From contig NZ_MPKA01000106.1 in NCBI RefSeq assembly GCF_001945605.1, positions 1 to 26,592 on the forward strand: DNA of 26,592 bases. Direction: 5' to 3'. This document shows positions 13,852 through 22,270 of this stretch, piece by piece (positions within the stretch are counted from its first letter, which is position 1; each line of letters starts with the position of its first letter). The notes beneath the pieces are model-generated. The model had not been told where the DNA came from and made no database searches. It saw only the letters and a program-made list of their open reading frames with translations. This stretch comes from Dubosiella newyorkensis (GTDB lineage Bacteria > Bacillota_I > Bacilli_A > Erysipelotrichales > Erysipelotrichaceae). The position numbers and the translations under genes were made by a program.

Positions 13852-15402
13852 ATGGCAAAAATCGTAACACCAAGTGAAGCGGCCGCGCTCGTGCAAGATG
13901 GCGACCGCATCGTAATGAGCGGATTCATTGGAATGTGTCATCCTCAAGAAGTCACATACGCCATTGAAAAGCGCTTTTTGGAAGAAGGGCATCCAAAAAA
14001 CCTCGATCTCGTCTTCCCGACAAACGTTGGAGATGGAACCGATCGATTAGGAATGAATCATCTTGCGCATGAAGGTCTTCTTCGCTCGATCGTTGGAGGG
14101 CATTGGAATCTAGTTCCAGCTCTTCAAAAGCTCGTCGTAGAAGATAAAGTCCAAGCATGGAATCTCCCGATCGGCACATTGGAACAGCTTCTTCGAGAAA
14201 TTGCCGCTAAACGGCCAGGCGTTATCACAAAAATCGGATTGAACACATTTGTCGATCCACGTCTGCAAGGCGGAAAGATGAATGATATCACAAAAGAAGA
14301 TCTCGTTGAAGTGATGGAAATCGATGGGGAAGAGTATTTACGCTATAAACCGTTTAAAAAATTAAACGTCGGCGTCATTCGTGGTACATACGCGGATGAA
14401 AAAGGCAATATGACAATGGAAAAGGAAGCTGCATTCCTCGATGCCCTAGCCCTCGCCGAAGCAGTACATAACACAGGTGGAATCGTGATCGCTCAAGTCG
14501 AAGATATCGTAGAAAATGGGACACTCGATCCAAAACATGTCAAAGTTCCTGGAATCTTGGTCGATTACATCGTGAAAGGGACTCCAGAAAATCATTGGCA
14601 AACGTATATGGATCCCTACAAACCAGAATTGTCTGGTCAGATCAAAAAACCATTGAACGCGCTGGAACCAATGCCGCTCAATGCTCGAAAAGTCGTATCA
14701 AGAAGAGCTGCGATGGAATTGCATGATGATTCGATCGTGAATTTAGGAATCGGTATGCCAGAAGGTGTAGCCAATGTAGCCAATGAGGAAGGCATTCAAG
14801 GACTTCAATTGACTGTTGAAGCTGGAAATATTGGCGGAGTGCCATCTTCAGGTGTCGGTTTTGGTTCCGCGACCAATCCTGATTGCACGATCGATTCGCC
14901 AGCCATGTTCGATTTCTATGATGGCGGCGGTTTGAATCAATGTTTCTTAGGATTAGCAGAATGCGATCCAAAAGGAAATATCAACGTTTCTCGTTTTGGA
15001 CCTCGTATCGCAGGATGTGGTGGATTTATCAATATTTCCCAATCGACTCCTGTCGTAGTATTCTGTGGAACATTTACGGCCAAAGGCTTGAAAGAAAAGA
15101 TTGGCGATGGAAAGCTTGAAATCCTTGAAGAAGGAAAAGTCAAAAAGTTTATCAAAGATCTAGAACAAGTCACATTCTCCGCTGATTTCGCGAAGAAATC
15201 CGGTCAAAAAGTACTCTATATTACGGAGCGCGCTGTCTTTGAACTAAGAGATGGTGTCTTCACACTTACAGAAATCGCCCCAGGAATCGATCTTCAAAAA
15301 GATATTCTCGATCAAATGGAATTTGCTCCAGCCATCGCAGAAGATCTGAAGACGATGGACGAGAGACTCTTCAAAGAAGAGCCAATGGGACTTGCTGCAT
15401 AG
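13852..15402 (+). CDS. Single-chain family-I acyl-CoA:acetate / 3-ketoacid CoA-transferase (YdiF/Pct-like)
   Basis: 516-aa fused alpha/beta-type CoA-transferase. Candidate catalytic Glu in LTVEAGNIGG. AGAGGGTG RBS. Directly downstream of crt. Confidence 0.8.
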   Translation: MAKIVTPSEAAALVQDGDRIVMSGFIGMCHPQEVTYAIEKRFLEEGHPKNLDLVFPTNVGDGTDRLGMNHLAHEGLLRSIVGGHWNLVPALQKLVVEDKVQAWNLPIGTLEQLLREIAAKRPGVITKIGLNTFVDPRLQGGKMNDITKEDLVEVMEIDGEEYLRYKPFKKLNVGVIRGTYADEKGNMTMEKEAAFLDALALAEAVHNTGGIVIAQVEDIVENGTLDPKHVKVPGILVDYIVKGTPENHWQTYMDPYKPELSGQIKKPLNALEPMPLNARKVVSRRAAMELHDDSIVNLGIGMPEGVANVANEEGIQGLQLTVEAGNIGGVPSSGVGFGSATNPDCTIDSPAMFDFYDGGGLNQCFLGLAECDPKGNINVSRFGPRIAGCGGFINISQSTPVVVFCGTFTAKGLKEKIGDGKLEILEEGKVKKFIKDLEQVTFSADFAKKSGQKVLYITERAVFELRDGVFTLTEIAPGIDLQKDILDQMEFAPAIAEDLKTMDERLFKEEPMGLAA

Positions 15403-15412
15403 ATACACATGA

Positions 15413-15437
15413 AAACGGGCGGAAACGCTCGTTTTTG
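15413..15437 (+). terminator. Intrinsic terminator ending the crt/CoA-transferase unit
   Basis: Stem AAACGGGCG (15413-15421) with CGCTCGTTT (15426-15434), one G-U pair, GAAA loop and a T-run. Confidence 0.7.
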
Positions 15438-15477
15438 TATCTAAATTTTAGTATAATGAAAGACAGAGGTGACGAGT

Positions 15478-16530
15478 ATGCTTTTTTTTAAAAACGATTA
15501 TGGACAAGGCTGTATTCCAGAAATATTAGAACTCCTATCTAAAACAAATGACGAAAGCATAAATGGATATGGGCAAGACCCATATTGTAAAGAAGCGGAA
15601 GAATTGATCCGCTCCAAGATGCCAGACTCACAAGTCGATGTCCACTTCATCGCTGGCGGTACATTGAGCAATATTTCAATGATCAAGCATCTGCTTCGTC
15701 CGTTTGAAGCGGTGATCGCTTGCGATACAGGGCATATCGCGACCCATGAAACTGGCTCGATCGAAGCAACGGGACATAAAGTGATCACTGTCCCGAACGC
15801 ATCCGGAAAACTGAGCGCTAGCGCCATTCGGAAAGTCTATGACGATCACATGCTCCAATTTGAGCACATGGTCTTTCCTAAAGCCGTCTATATATCAAAC
15901 GCGACCGAACTGGGCACTGTCTATACGCGCAAAGAAATCGAGGAAATTAGACGTGTATGCGATGAACTGAATCTATATTTAATGTGTGATGGAGCTAGAG
16001 TCGGCTCCGCGCTCATGTCGGGTGTAGACTATACACTCAACGATATGGCGCGCTGGTTCGATTTATTCTCGATTGGAGGAACGAAAAATGGAGCTCTCAT
16101 CGGAGAAGCGATCATCATTTCCAACGGAATGTTGAAACCGTATTTTCGTTTTGTGATGAAGCAATCGGGAGCGATGCTTGCCAAAGGATGGCTTCTAGGA
16201 CTCCAATTTATCGGTTTGTTCAAAAACGACGCTTTTTATAAGATCGCTAAACATCAAAATGAGCTGGCGCAGCAAATTCAGGTCAAAGCGCTCGAATTAG
16301 GCTATCCGCTTTTCGTAAAATCTGAAACCAATCAAGTATTCTTAGTCGTGAATCATAATGAATACGAATACTTAAAAAAACGAGTTGAATTTGAGATCTG
16401 GGACTATTGGAACGATGATCCTGTGATCCGTTTTGTCACAAGCTTCCACACAAGCCAAGAAGAAGTCGATTATTTGATCGTCTACTTAGAAGAAGCGAAA
16501 GAAAAAGAGCAAGTCTCAGACCGGCTCTAA
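15478..16530 (+). CDS. PLP-dependent threonine aldolase / beta-eliminating lyase family protein
   Basis: FFKNDY N-terminus and PLP-lysine context SIGGTKNGA. Size ~350 aa. Start moved to ATG 15478 (GAGGTG RBS 6 nt upstream, TATAAT at 15452-15457). Confidence 0.75.
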   Translation: MLFFKNDYGQGCIPEILELLSKTNDESINGYGQDPYCKEAEELIRSKMPDSQVDVHFIAGGTLSNISMIKHLLRPFEAVIACDTGHIATHETGSIEATGHKVITVPNASGKLSASAIRKVYDDHMLQFEHMVFPKAVYISNATELGTVYTRKEIEEIRRVCDELNLYLMCDGARVGSALMSGVDYTLNDMARWFDLFSIGGTKNGALIGEAIIISNGMLKPYFRFVMKQSGAMLAKGWLLGLQFIGLFKNDAFYKIAKHQNELAQQIQVKALELGYPLFVKSETNQVFLVVNHNEYEYLKKRVEFEIWDYWNDDPVIRFVTSFHTSQEEVDYLIVYLEEAKEKEQVSDRL

Positions 16531-17604
16531 ATCTTCCAAAAACGCCCAGCCAAGAAATCCGTTTTTCTTGACTTGCGCTTTATTTGAATAGGTGAACACG
16601 ACGTGAACGTGTTCGCCTTTTTTTAATGGTATATGATAATTCGTATAATCCGTTCCCTTTAAGTCATTGCCAAAAGTTTTGACAAAAGCACGATCGATCC
16701 AAAATTGGCGATGATGATGCTCAGAATATACGAGCGCTTGTTGTTCTTGTTCTTCTAAAACATCGATCTTTCCTTGATTAAAGTTGATATAAAAAGGAAT
16801 CTGTATCGAAGGGTTGACATCCCGAACAACACGATAAACAGGCTGATCCTCAATATGTACGCTCATACAATGATCTTTTTCAAAAATCAAAGCGTTGAGC
16901 TGACCTGCGGATTTGACCATATTCCCCCCGTCGATTGAATAAATGTTTTTCGTCCCATCAAACAAAGGATCAAAACGCGCGATCGAGTCGCAATACTCGC
17001 TCACTGGAATATGTCCGACCACGACTTTTTTATGAAAAGAAACAGGACGCGTAAAGAAAAAAGGACTTGCCATAACTTCCCGAAAATCATCCCCAAACGT
17101 TTCTTCATTTTCGATCGCCGCATGCGCATAGATCGTCGTTTCCGTCTCGATCACATGAGGTAGATCATTCAAAAAACTAAGTTCCTTCAAAAACGCTTTT
17201 CGAAGCGCATACGCAAATTCATCCATATCCATTCGATCCATCTCGATCCCGATTTCAGAAGCCATTTCATGAATCAAAGAGTTTTTGCGAACAGAAAGGA
17301 CCGATTTTAGAAAGGGAAGTCGATAATTATACAAAATGTTTTTGGCGACAAAATCACAATTGCCAGTAATACAATGCACATCCTCACTTTCAACTTGCTG
17401 CATCACGAAACGGACAAGCTGCAAGTTCTGGGGTCCTTTTTCCACTAGATCTCCCAGCAAAATCAGCCGATCTTCTCCTTTTTTATAGTCGATCTTCTGT
17501 AAAAGCCTTTGATATAAAGAAAGATTGCCATGGATATCGCTGATCACGATCTCACGACCAACCTCCTTTTTCTTCAAACGCTTAACGACAACTTTACGAT
17601 TCAT
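16516..17604 (-). CDS. Metallophosphoesterase (calcineurin-like, YfcE/PrpE-like) with a ~110-aa C-terminal beta-rich (SH3-like) extension
   Basis: Motifs ISDIHGN, GDLVEKGP, GNCD and a later GH (VGHIP). No SD before the ATG. The start overlaps the esterase stop by 11 nt. Confidence 0.8.
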   Translation of the reverse strand: MNRKVVVKRLKKKEVGREIVISDIHGNLSLYQRLLQKIDYKKGEDRLILLGDLVEKGPQNLQLVRFVMQQVESEDVHCITGNCDFVAKNILYNYRLPFLKSVLSVRKNSLIHEMASEIGIEMDRMDMDEFAYALRKAFLKELSFLNDLPHVIETETTIYAHAAIENEETFGDDFREVMASPFFFTRPVSFHKKVVVGHIPVSEYCDSIARFDPLFDGTKNIYSIDGGNMVKSAGQLNALIFEKDHCMSVHIEDQPVYRVVRDVNPSIQIPFYINFNQGKIDVLEEQEQQALVYSEHHHRQFWIDRAFVKTFGNDLKGTDYTNYHIPLKKGEHVHVVFTYSNKAQVKKNGFLGWAFLEDLEPV

Positions 17605-18355
17605 GCATCAAAAAGGAAAGAAACTGATCGCTTTCTTTCTCCCAATCTTCTTCACAGTGTCTCCCTAATGGCTTTACATGAAAATGGATCCGGACCCCTT
17701 TTTTCAAAAGCAGATTGGCAAGGTCTGTACAGCCCTTAGTCTCCATTACGAATTCATGCATTCCATCACCTTCTTGCGCCCCCCAAGACAAATAGATCGC
17801 AGTATGATGAAGAATATATGTTTCATTGATATCCGCCATCAACATATTCAAAGTCGGCAAGATATAAGGGGAAAGGACGATCGCTTTCGAATAAACTTTC
17901 GAATACTTGAAAACCGCATATAAAGCCATCAATCCGCCGCAGCTCGAGCCGCCGATCCAAGTATGCTTGCGATCGCTCAAAGTCGGAAAGTGCAAATCTA
18001 TATATAGTTTGAGGTCTTCAATCAAAAAATTCATCGTCGCTTCTCCTTTCCCTGGAAAAGAACCAAAATGAGTATCGTAAAAAGGGTAGGGAGAATACTC
18101 ATTCAGGCGATCATTGCCTTCATGAGAACATTCCTGTCCTACCACTATGATTTCTTTTCCATTTCTTTGGATCGCGTCAATCAAACGCCAAGACCGGCCA
18201 TAGGTCGCGTCCTCGTCATAAAATAGATTGTGACCGTCAAACATATACAATACAGGATATTTTTTGTTGGAAGTTAAATAATCATCCGGCAAATACATAT
18301 GGATCTTCCGATATGTATCCAACATATGCATGTATACATCAAACTTTAAAATCAA
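17594..18355 (-). CDS. Alpha/beta-hydrolase 'putative esterase' family protein (COG2819/esterase-D-like)
   Basis: YPVLYMFDGHN motif, nucleophile elbow GGSSCGG, C-terminal His (GRHCEE). TTG start at 18355, 7 nt after AGGAG embedded in the end of the ATP-grasp gene. Confidence 0.75.
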   Translation of the reverse strand: MILKFDVYMHMLDTYRKIHMYLPDDYLTSNKKYPVLYMFDGHNLFYDEDATYGRSWRLIDAIQRNGKEIIVVGQECSHEGNDRLNEYSPYPFYDTHFGSFPGKGEATMNFLIEDLKLYIDLHFPTLSDRKHTWIGGSSCGGLMALYAVFKYSKVYSKAIVLSPYILPTLNMLMADINETYILHHTAIYLSWGAQEGDGMHEFVMETKGCTDLANLLLKKGVRIHFHVKPLGRHCEEDWEKESDQFLSFLMHES

Positions 18356-18357
18356 TT

Positions 18358-19551
18358 TTATTCTCCTAATCGTTCCAATGCGGTTCTAAAGAACTCCTCA
18401 CGTCTTCCATTGTTGGAAAAACGAGCTTTGATCGTAATATCGCCCATAGTCGCTGCATAAGCAGGCGGAAGCTTTTCTGTATCGATCAGCTCATCGGAAA
18501 ACATCGATTCGATCTCCTCGGTCGTATATCGATAGTTGATCGAATTTCTACGCCCAGCAAAACCAGCCGAATACTTTTTGAGCTTCGAATACGAGGCGTT
18601 TTTCGTCAATAAGATCTCTGCCCATAAAGAATAAACATCCATGTCGTTGGAATAGTTCATCAAATCAGGCGCAAATCCTCCAGGTGGCCGGAAGTTGACT
18701 TCCAGACCGATCAGATCGCCTTTTTTGCCAAGACCTTCCTTATCCTCCAAAAGCTTAAAGTATTCGCCATGGAAAAAGCGGTTTTTCAAACCAAAAGCAT
18801 CGATTACATTTTGAGCGATCTGACGATGCTCCTCCGAAATGTGGAAATCGTAGAAGCAACCGATCGAATCTTGGTTGTTGACAGAATCCATACAATTTCC
18901 CACATAATTCATGCTGCCTAAAAAGCGAATTTGGCCATCTCCATCGCAGATTCCATCCAGAGTGACAATATCTCCAGAAATATATTCTTCCAAGATCATA
19001 TGGAGATCTTTGGTTTGCTCAAATCTTTCATAGAGCTCGTGATCATTATGGACTGAATACGTAAAGCATGCACCGACTCCATGATCTGGCTTTAAAACAA
19101 GCGGATATCCAACTTCATGAGCAAAGGCTTTCGCTTCCTCATAAGAATGCGGAAGACAATAACGAGCCACCGCAAGACCCGCCTTTTCATAATACTTTTT
19201 CATGGCGGATTTTGATTGGAATTCATCGATCTTTTCACTCGTAAATCCGGTTTTTACATTAAAATCATCCCGAAGCCTAGCATCTAAGCTGAGCCATGCC
19301 TCATTATTGGATTCGATCCAGTCGATCTTTCCGTACTTGAATGTGAAATAACCAACAGCGCGGACCATTTCATCATAATTGTGGAAACTGCTCACCACAT
19401 AACATTCATCCACATATTGTTTGAGTTCTTGTTTTAACGAATCATATGGCGTATCGACGATCGCTAAGACGCGGGCGCCATATTTTTTTAAACCTCGACA
19501 AAACATCCAATAGCTTTCTGGATAGTTTGGCGAGATAAAGATAAAATTCAT
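18358..19551 (-). CDS. ATP-grasp superfamily carboxylate-amine/thiol ligase, unassigned subfamily
   Basis: ATP-grasp motifs GYPLVLKPDHGVGA, MILEEYISGD and IGLEVNFRPPGG. AAGGAGGGAG RBS overlapping the Nudix stop. Confidence 0.8.
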   Translation of the reverse strand: MNFIFISPNYPESYWMFCRGLKKYGARVLAIVDTPYDSLKQELKQYVDECYVVSSFHNYDEMVRAVGYFTFKYGKIDWIESNNEAWLSLDARLRDDFNVKTGFTSEKIDEFQSKSAMKKYYEKAGLAVARYCLPHSYEEAKAFAHEVGYPLVLKPDHGVGACFTYSVHNDHELYERFEQTKDLHMILEEYISGDIVTLDGICDGDGQIRFLGSMNYVGNCMDSVNNQDSIGCFYDFHISEEHRQIAQNVIDAFGLKNRFFHGEYFKLLEDKEGLGKKGDLIGLEVNFRPPGGFAPDLMNYSNDMDVYSLWAEILLTKNASYSKLKKYSAGFAGRRNSINYRYTTEEIESMFSDELIDTEKLPPAYAATMGDITIKARFSNNGRREEFFRTALERLGE

Positions 19552-19554
19552 ACC

Positions 19555-20070
19555 TTACTCCCTCCTTGCAGCTACGGCATACAAAATCGCGATGATCGTT
19601 TTTGCGTCCGTAATTTCCTGATTTAAAACTTTCGAGTACGCTTCCTCGAGAGGCAGCCAAAAGGAATGGAGATCTTCATCTTCGTCTTGGGGCAAATGTT
19701 CCTTGGCCTCGATTGGATCGATGGCTTCATAGATCCACAATTTTTCATCACAAAAACCAGGCGTCGTATAAAAGCTCTGGATCAACCGCATCGAAGAACA
19801 AGCGTATCCCGTTTCTTCGTTGAGCTCGCGCATCCCGCACTCTAGAGGATCCTCCCCATATTCAAGTTTGCCTGCCGGGATCTCGATCGTTTCTAGATCG
19901 ATCGCTTGACGAACTTGTTTTACTAGCAAGATCTTATGATCGATCATGCATAAGATTCCGACACCTCCTGGATGATGGATGATATCTCGCTGATAGACTT
20001 TGTTTTTGATCGTTACATCTTCTTTGACCAACGTAAAGATCGGGCCTTCATAAATTACTTTTTCTGTCAT
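19555..20070 (-). CDS. Nudix hydrolase, ADP-ribose pyrophosphatase (NudF/YqkG)-like
   Basis: Nudix box GKLEYGEDPLECGMRELNEETGY. Start moved to ATG 20070 (MTEKVIYEG) because the ORF-track start at 20112 lies upstream of the predicted -10. Confidence 0.85.
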   Translation of the reverse strand: MTEKVIYEGPIFTLVKEDVTIKNKVYQRDIIHHPGGVGILCMIDHKILLVKQVRQAIDLETIEIPAGKLEYGEDPLECGMRELNEETGYACSSMRLIQSFYTTPGFCDEKLWIYEAIDPIEAKEHLPQDEDEDLHSFWLPLEEAYSKVLNQEITDAKTIIAILYAVAARRE

Positions 20071-20095
20071 TGTTTTTTCCCATTCCTTTGGGATG

Positions 20096-20104
20096 ATTAT
20101 AGCA
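20096..20104 (-). promoter_or_regulatory. Extended -10 (TGcTATAAT) promoter of the four-gene operon
   Basis: Plus-strand attatagca is TGCTATAAT on the minus strand, 26 nt upstream of ATG 20070 and just downstream of the amidase terminator. Confidence 0.4.
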
Positions 20105-20116
20105 TAAATCACTTGA

Positions 20117-20149
20117 CAAAAAAGAAAAAAGCGTTCCTGAGAACGCTTT
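20117..20149 (-). terminator. Intrinsic terminator of the amidase gene
   Basis: Stem AGCGTTC (20130-20136) with GAACGCT (20141-20147), extendable by two A-T pairs. A T-rich tail follows on the minus strand. Confidence 0.75.
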
Positions 20150-20160
20150 CAGTGATTGAC

Positions 20161-20880
20161 TTATTCAATGGCTTGATTAAAGGCATTGGTGATCGCTTGC
20201 CCGATCTTTTCTTGATAGGCTGGGTCTTGAAGCCGATCGTAATCTTCCACATTGCTTAAATACCCTAGATCGATCAACAAAGTCTTCACTTCTGGATCAG
20301 CCAAGATCGAAAAATTCGAATAATGATCCGTATCCACTCCGGTAAATGTTGAAACATTGATCGTGACTAATTCTTTTCCGATTTCATCGGCAAGCGTTTC
20401 ACTCAACGGATCAGGACGGGTAAAAATCGTAAATCCTTTCATTGTCGCATCGTTTGAGTTACTTGCCTGAAAGGACAAAAGCACATCGACATTTTGGGCT
20501 TTCATATTCGCAAGCCGAGAAGCGTTTTCGCTCGCTTCATCCGAATGCGCGACTTGATCGTCTTCCCGCGTATAAATGACTTCATAACCAGCGGCTCTAA
20601 GCTTTTTTCCTACTTGCTTCGCGATCTCTAAATTGATGTCTTTTTCCGGAATCTCATTGTTTCCCGTATAGCCAAGATCCTCGCCGCCATGCCCGGCATC
20701 GATCCCGATCTTGATCGAACGCTTCGAAGGGATCGAAGAAACATCGTCGTTGGTGATCGGATTGTCTTCACGAACTTGAGGTACGCGAATATTTTGTTCC
20801 GGCGTCTTCGCGACTAAATTTGGCTGTAAGACGAGCGCTACAAAAATACCGATCACTAAGAAAAATACGGCCCGTTTCAT
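20161..20880 (-). CDS. N-acetylmuramoyl-L-alanine amidase (Amidase_3; CwlD-like size and N-terminal anchor)
   Basis: N-terminal hydrophobic anchor (AVFFLVIGIFVALVL). Zn-amidase motif IGIDAGHGGED. 239 aa. Confidence 0.85.
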   Translation of the reverse strand: MKRAVFFLVIGIFVALVLQPNLVAKTPEQNIRVPQVREDNPITNDDVSSIPSKRSIKIGIDAGHGGEDLGYTGNNEIPEKDINLEIAKQVGKKLRAAGYEVIYTREDDQVAHSDEASENASRLANMKAQNVDVLLSFQASNSNDATMKGFTIFTRPDPLSETLADEIGKELVTINVSTFTGVDTDHYSNFSILADPEVKTLLIDLGYLSNVEDYDRLQDPAYQEKIGQAITNAFNQAIE

Positions 20881-20939
20881 AGATATCCCCCCATTTCAGT
20901 TTTTCATAGTATCACAAATCATAGGGAAGTAAACAAACT

Positions 20940-20968
20940 TTGGAAGATGTTTTAGAATTTGTTATAAT
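20940..20968 (+). promoter_or_regulatory. scpA operon promoter
   Basis: TTGGAA (20940-20945), 17-nt spacer, TGtTATAAT extended -10 (20960-20968). Confidence 0.55.
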
Positions 20969-20983
20969 TAGAACGGTGATGTC

Positions 20984-21727
20984 ATGGAATTTCAAATATC
21001 GATCGACCAATTCGAGGGGCCTCTAGACCTTATGCTCCATTTGATCAAAACGAATAAACTCGATTTGTTCGATCTTGATCTTCATATTTTAGCCAATCAA
21101 TATATAGCCTATATTCAACAAATGCGAGAACTGAAGCTCGAGATCGCCAGCGAGTATTTGAGCGAACTCGCAAGTTTGATCGAATACAAAAGTAAAAAAC
21201 TTCTTCCGCGCGAAGAAGTCGAAGTGAAAGAAGAATATGAAGAAGACCAAAGAGAAAAGCTCGTTTCCCGCCTTCTTGAATATCAAAAATATAAAGAAGC
21301 CAGCAGTCAGTTGAAAATACAATACGAACATAGACAGCGGCAATTTGAAAGAGCGAGCGCAAGCTTGATCGAAACATGGAGGATCCCCAAAGAAGAAGGC
21401 GCTCTCGATCATCAAAATATCTATCTCCTTTCAAAAGCGTTTCATACAGTTCTGAAACGACAAGCGATCCTCAAGCCCTATCAAACACAAGTCAATGTCA
21501 AGGAGATCTCGATCGAAGAAAGAAATGTGCAGATCTTGGATCGTATGAAAATGAGCGAAGATGGTGTCTTATCTTTTGAACAACTTGTTCGAGAATGCGG
21601 CAGTCTGTATATGATCATCATTTCTTTCCTTTCGATCCTCGATTTGATCCATAAGCGGAGCATCGCGTATCAAATCGAGGAAAACGAGCATATCATACTC
21701 TATAGAAAGGATCAAAAACATGTCTAG
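20984..21727 (+). CDS. scpA: Segregation and condensation protein A (kleisin)
   Basis: N-terminal FEGPLDLMLHLIK motif. 247 aa. Overlaps scpB. Confidence 0.9.
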   Translation: MEFQISIDQFEGPLDLMLHLIKTNKLDLFDLDLHILANQYIAYIQQMRELKLEIASEYLSELASLIEYKSKKLLPREEVEVKEEYEEDQREKLVSRLLEYQKYKEASSQLKIQYEHRQRQFERASASLIETWRIPKEEGALDHQNIYLLSKAFHTVLKRQAILKPYQTQVNVKEISIEERNVQILDRMKMSEDGVLSFEQLVRECGSLYMIIISFLSILDLIHKRSIAYQIEENEHIILYRKDQKHV

Positions 21728-22256
21728 AACAGCGATCATCGAAGGACTCCTATTTATGAGCGGAGAAGAAGGACTAAGCTTGGTGCAGATTCAGTCCGTG
21801 CTCCAAGAACTGAGCCGAGAAGAGATCTTAAACGAAATAAAATCGATCAAAAGACGATGCGAACAAGAAAATCATGGCTTCGAACTCGTCGAATACGCTT
21901 CCCGATATAAATTTGTAACAAAAGAAAGCATTTATCCTTACGCCAAACGGCTTTACGAAAACTTGATCACCCCGACTTTATCGCAAGCCGCTATGGAAAC
22001 GCTAGCGATCATCGCCTATAAAGGGCCGATCACTCGTGTACAGATCGAAAAGATCCGCGGTGTGAGCTGCGAGATGATGCTAAAAAAGCTTGTCGCCCGA
22101 GATATGATCGAAGCCAAAGACCGTCTCGATGCGATTGGGAAACCGCTCTTATATACAGTCACACAAAATTTTTTGGACGCCTTCGAGCTTGATTCGCTCC
22201 AAGCGCTTCCTGAAATCGAAATCAAAGAAACAAAAAACGAATTATTTGAATCATAA
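21720..22256 (+). CDS. scpB: Segregation and condensation protein B
   Basis: IEGLLFMSGEEGLSL N-terminus. Two winged-helix repeats (LSQAAMETLAIIAYKGPITRVQIEKIRGV). Confidence 0.9.
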   Translation: MSRTAIIEGLLFMSGEEGLSLVQIQSVLQELSREEILNEIKSIKRRCEQENHGFELVEYASRYKFVTKESIYPYAKRLYENLITPTLSQAAMETLAIIAYKGPITRVQIEKIRGVSCEMMLKKLVARDMIEAKDRLDAIGKPLLYTVTQNFLDAFELDSLQALPEIEIKETKNELFES

Positions 22257-22270
22257 ACGAGGTAACAATT

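Noticed and set aside
17563-17569. Strong SD-like AAGGAGG inside codons 12-15 of the metallophosphoesterase gene, whose annotated ATG has no SD
   Set aside because: No in-frame start codon lies 5-10 nt downstream; the nearby GTG is out of frame and hits a stop after 3 codons. I keep ATG 17604, with re-initiation coupling to the overlapping esterase stop.
20984-22256. scpA/scpB considered as part of a Wadjet/MukBEF-like defence condensin
   Set aside because: The sizes, N-terminal motifs and Bacillus-type synteny with rluB fit the housekeeping SMC-ScpAB partners. There is no adjacent SMC-like ATPase or JetD-like nuclease gene.
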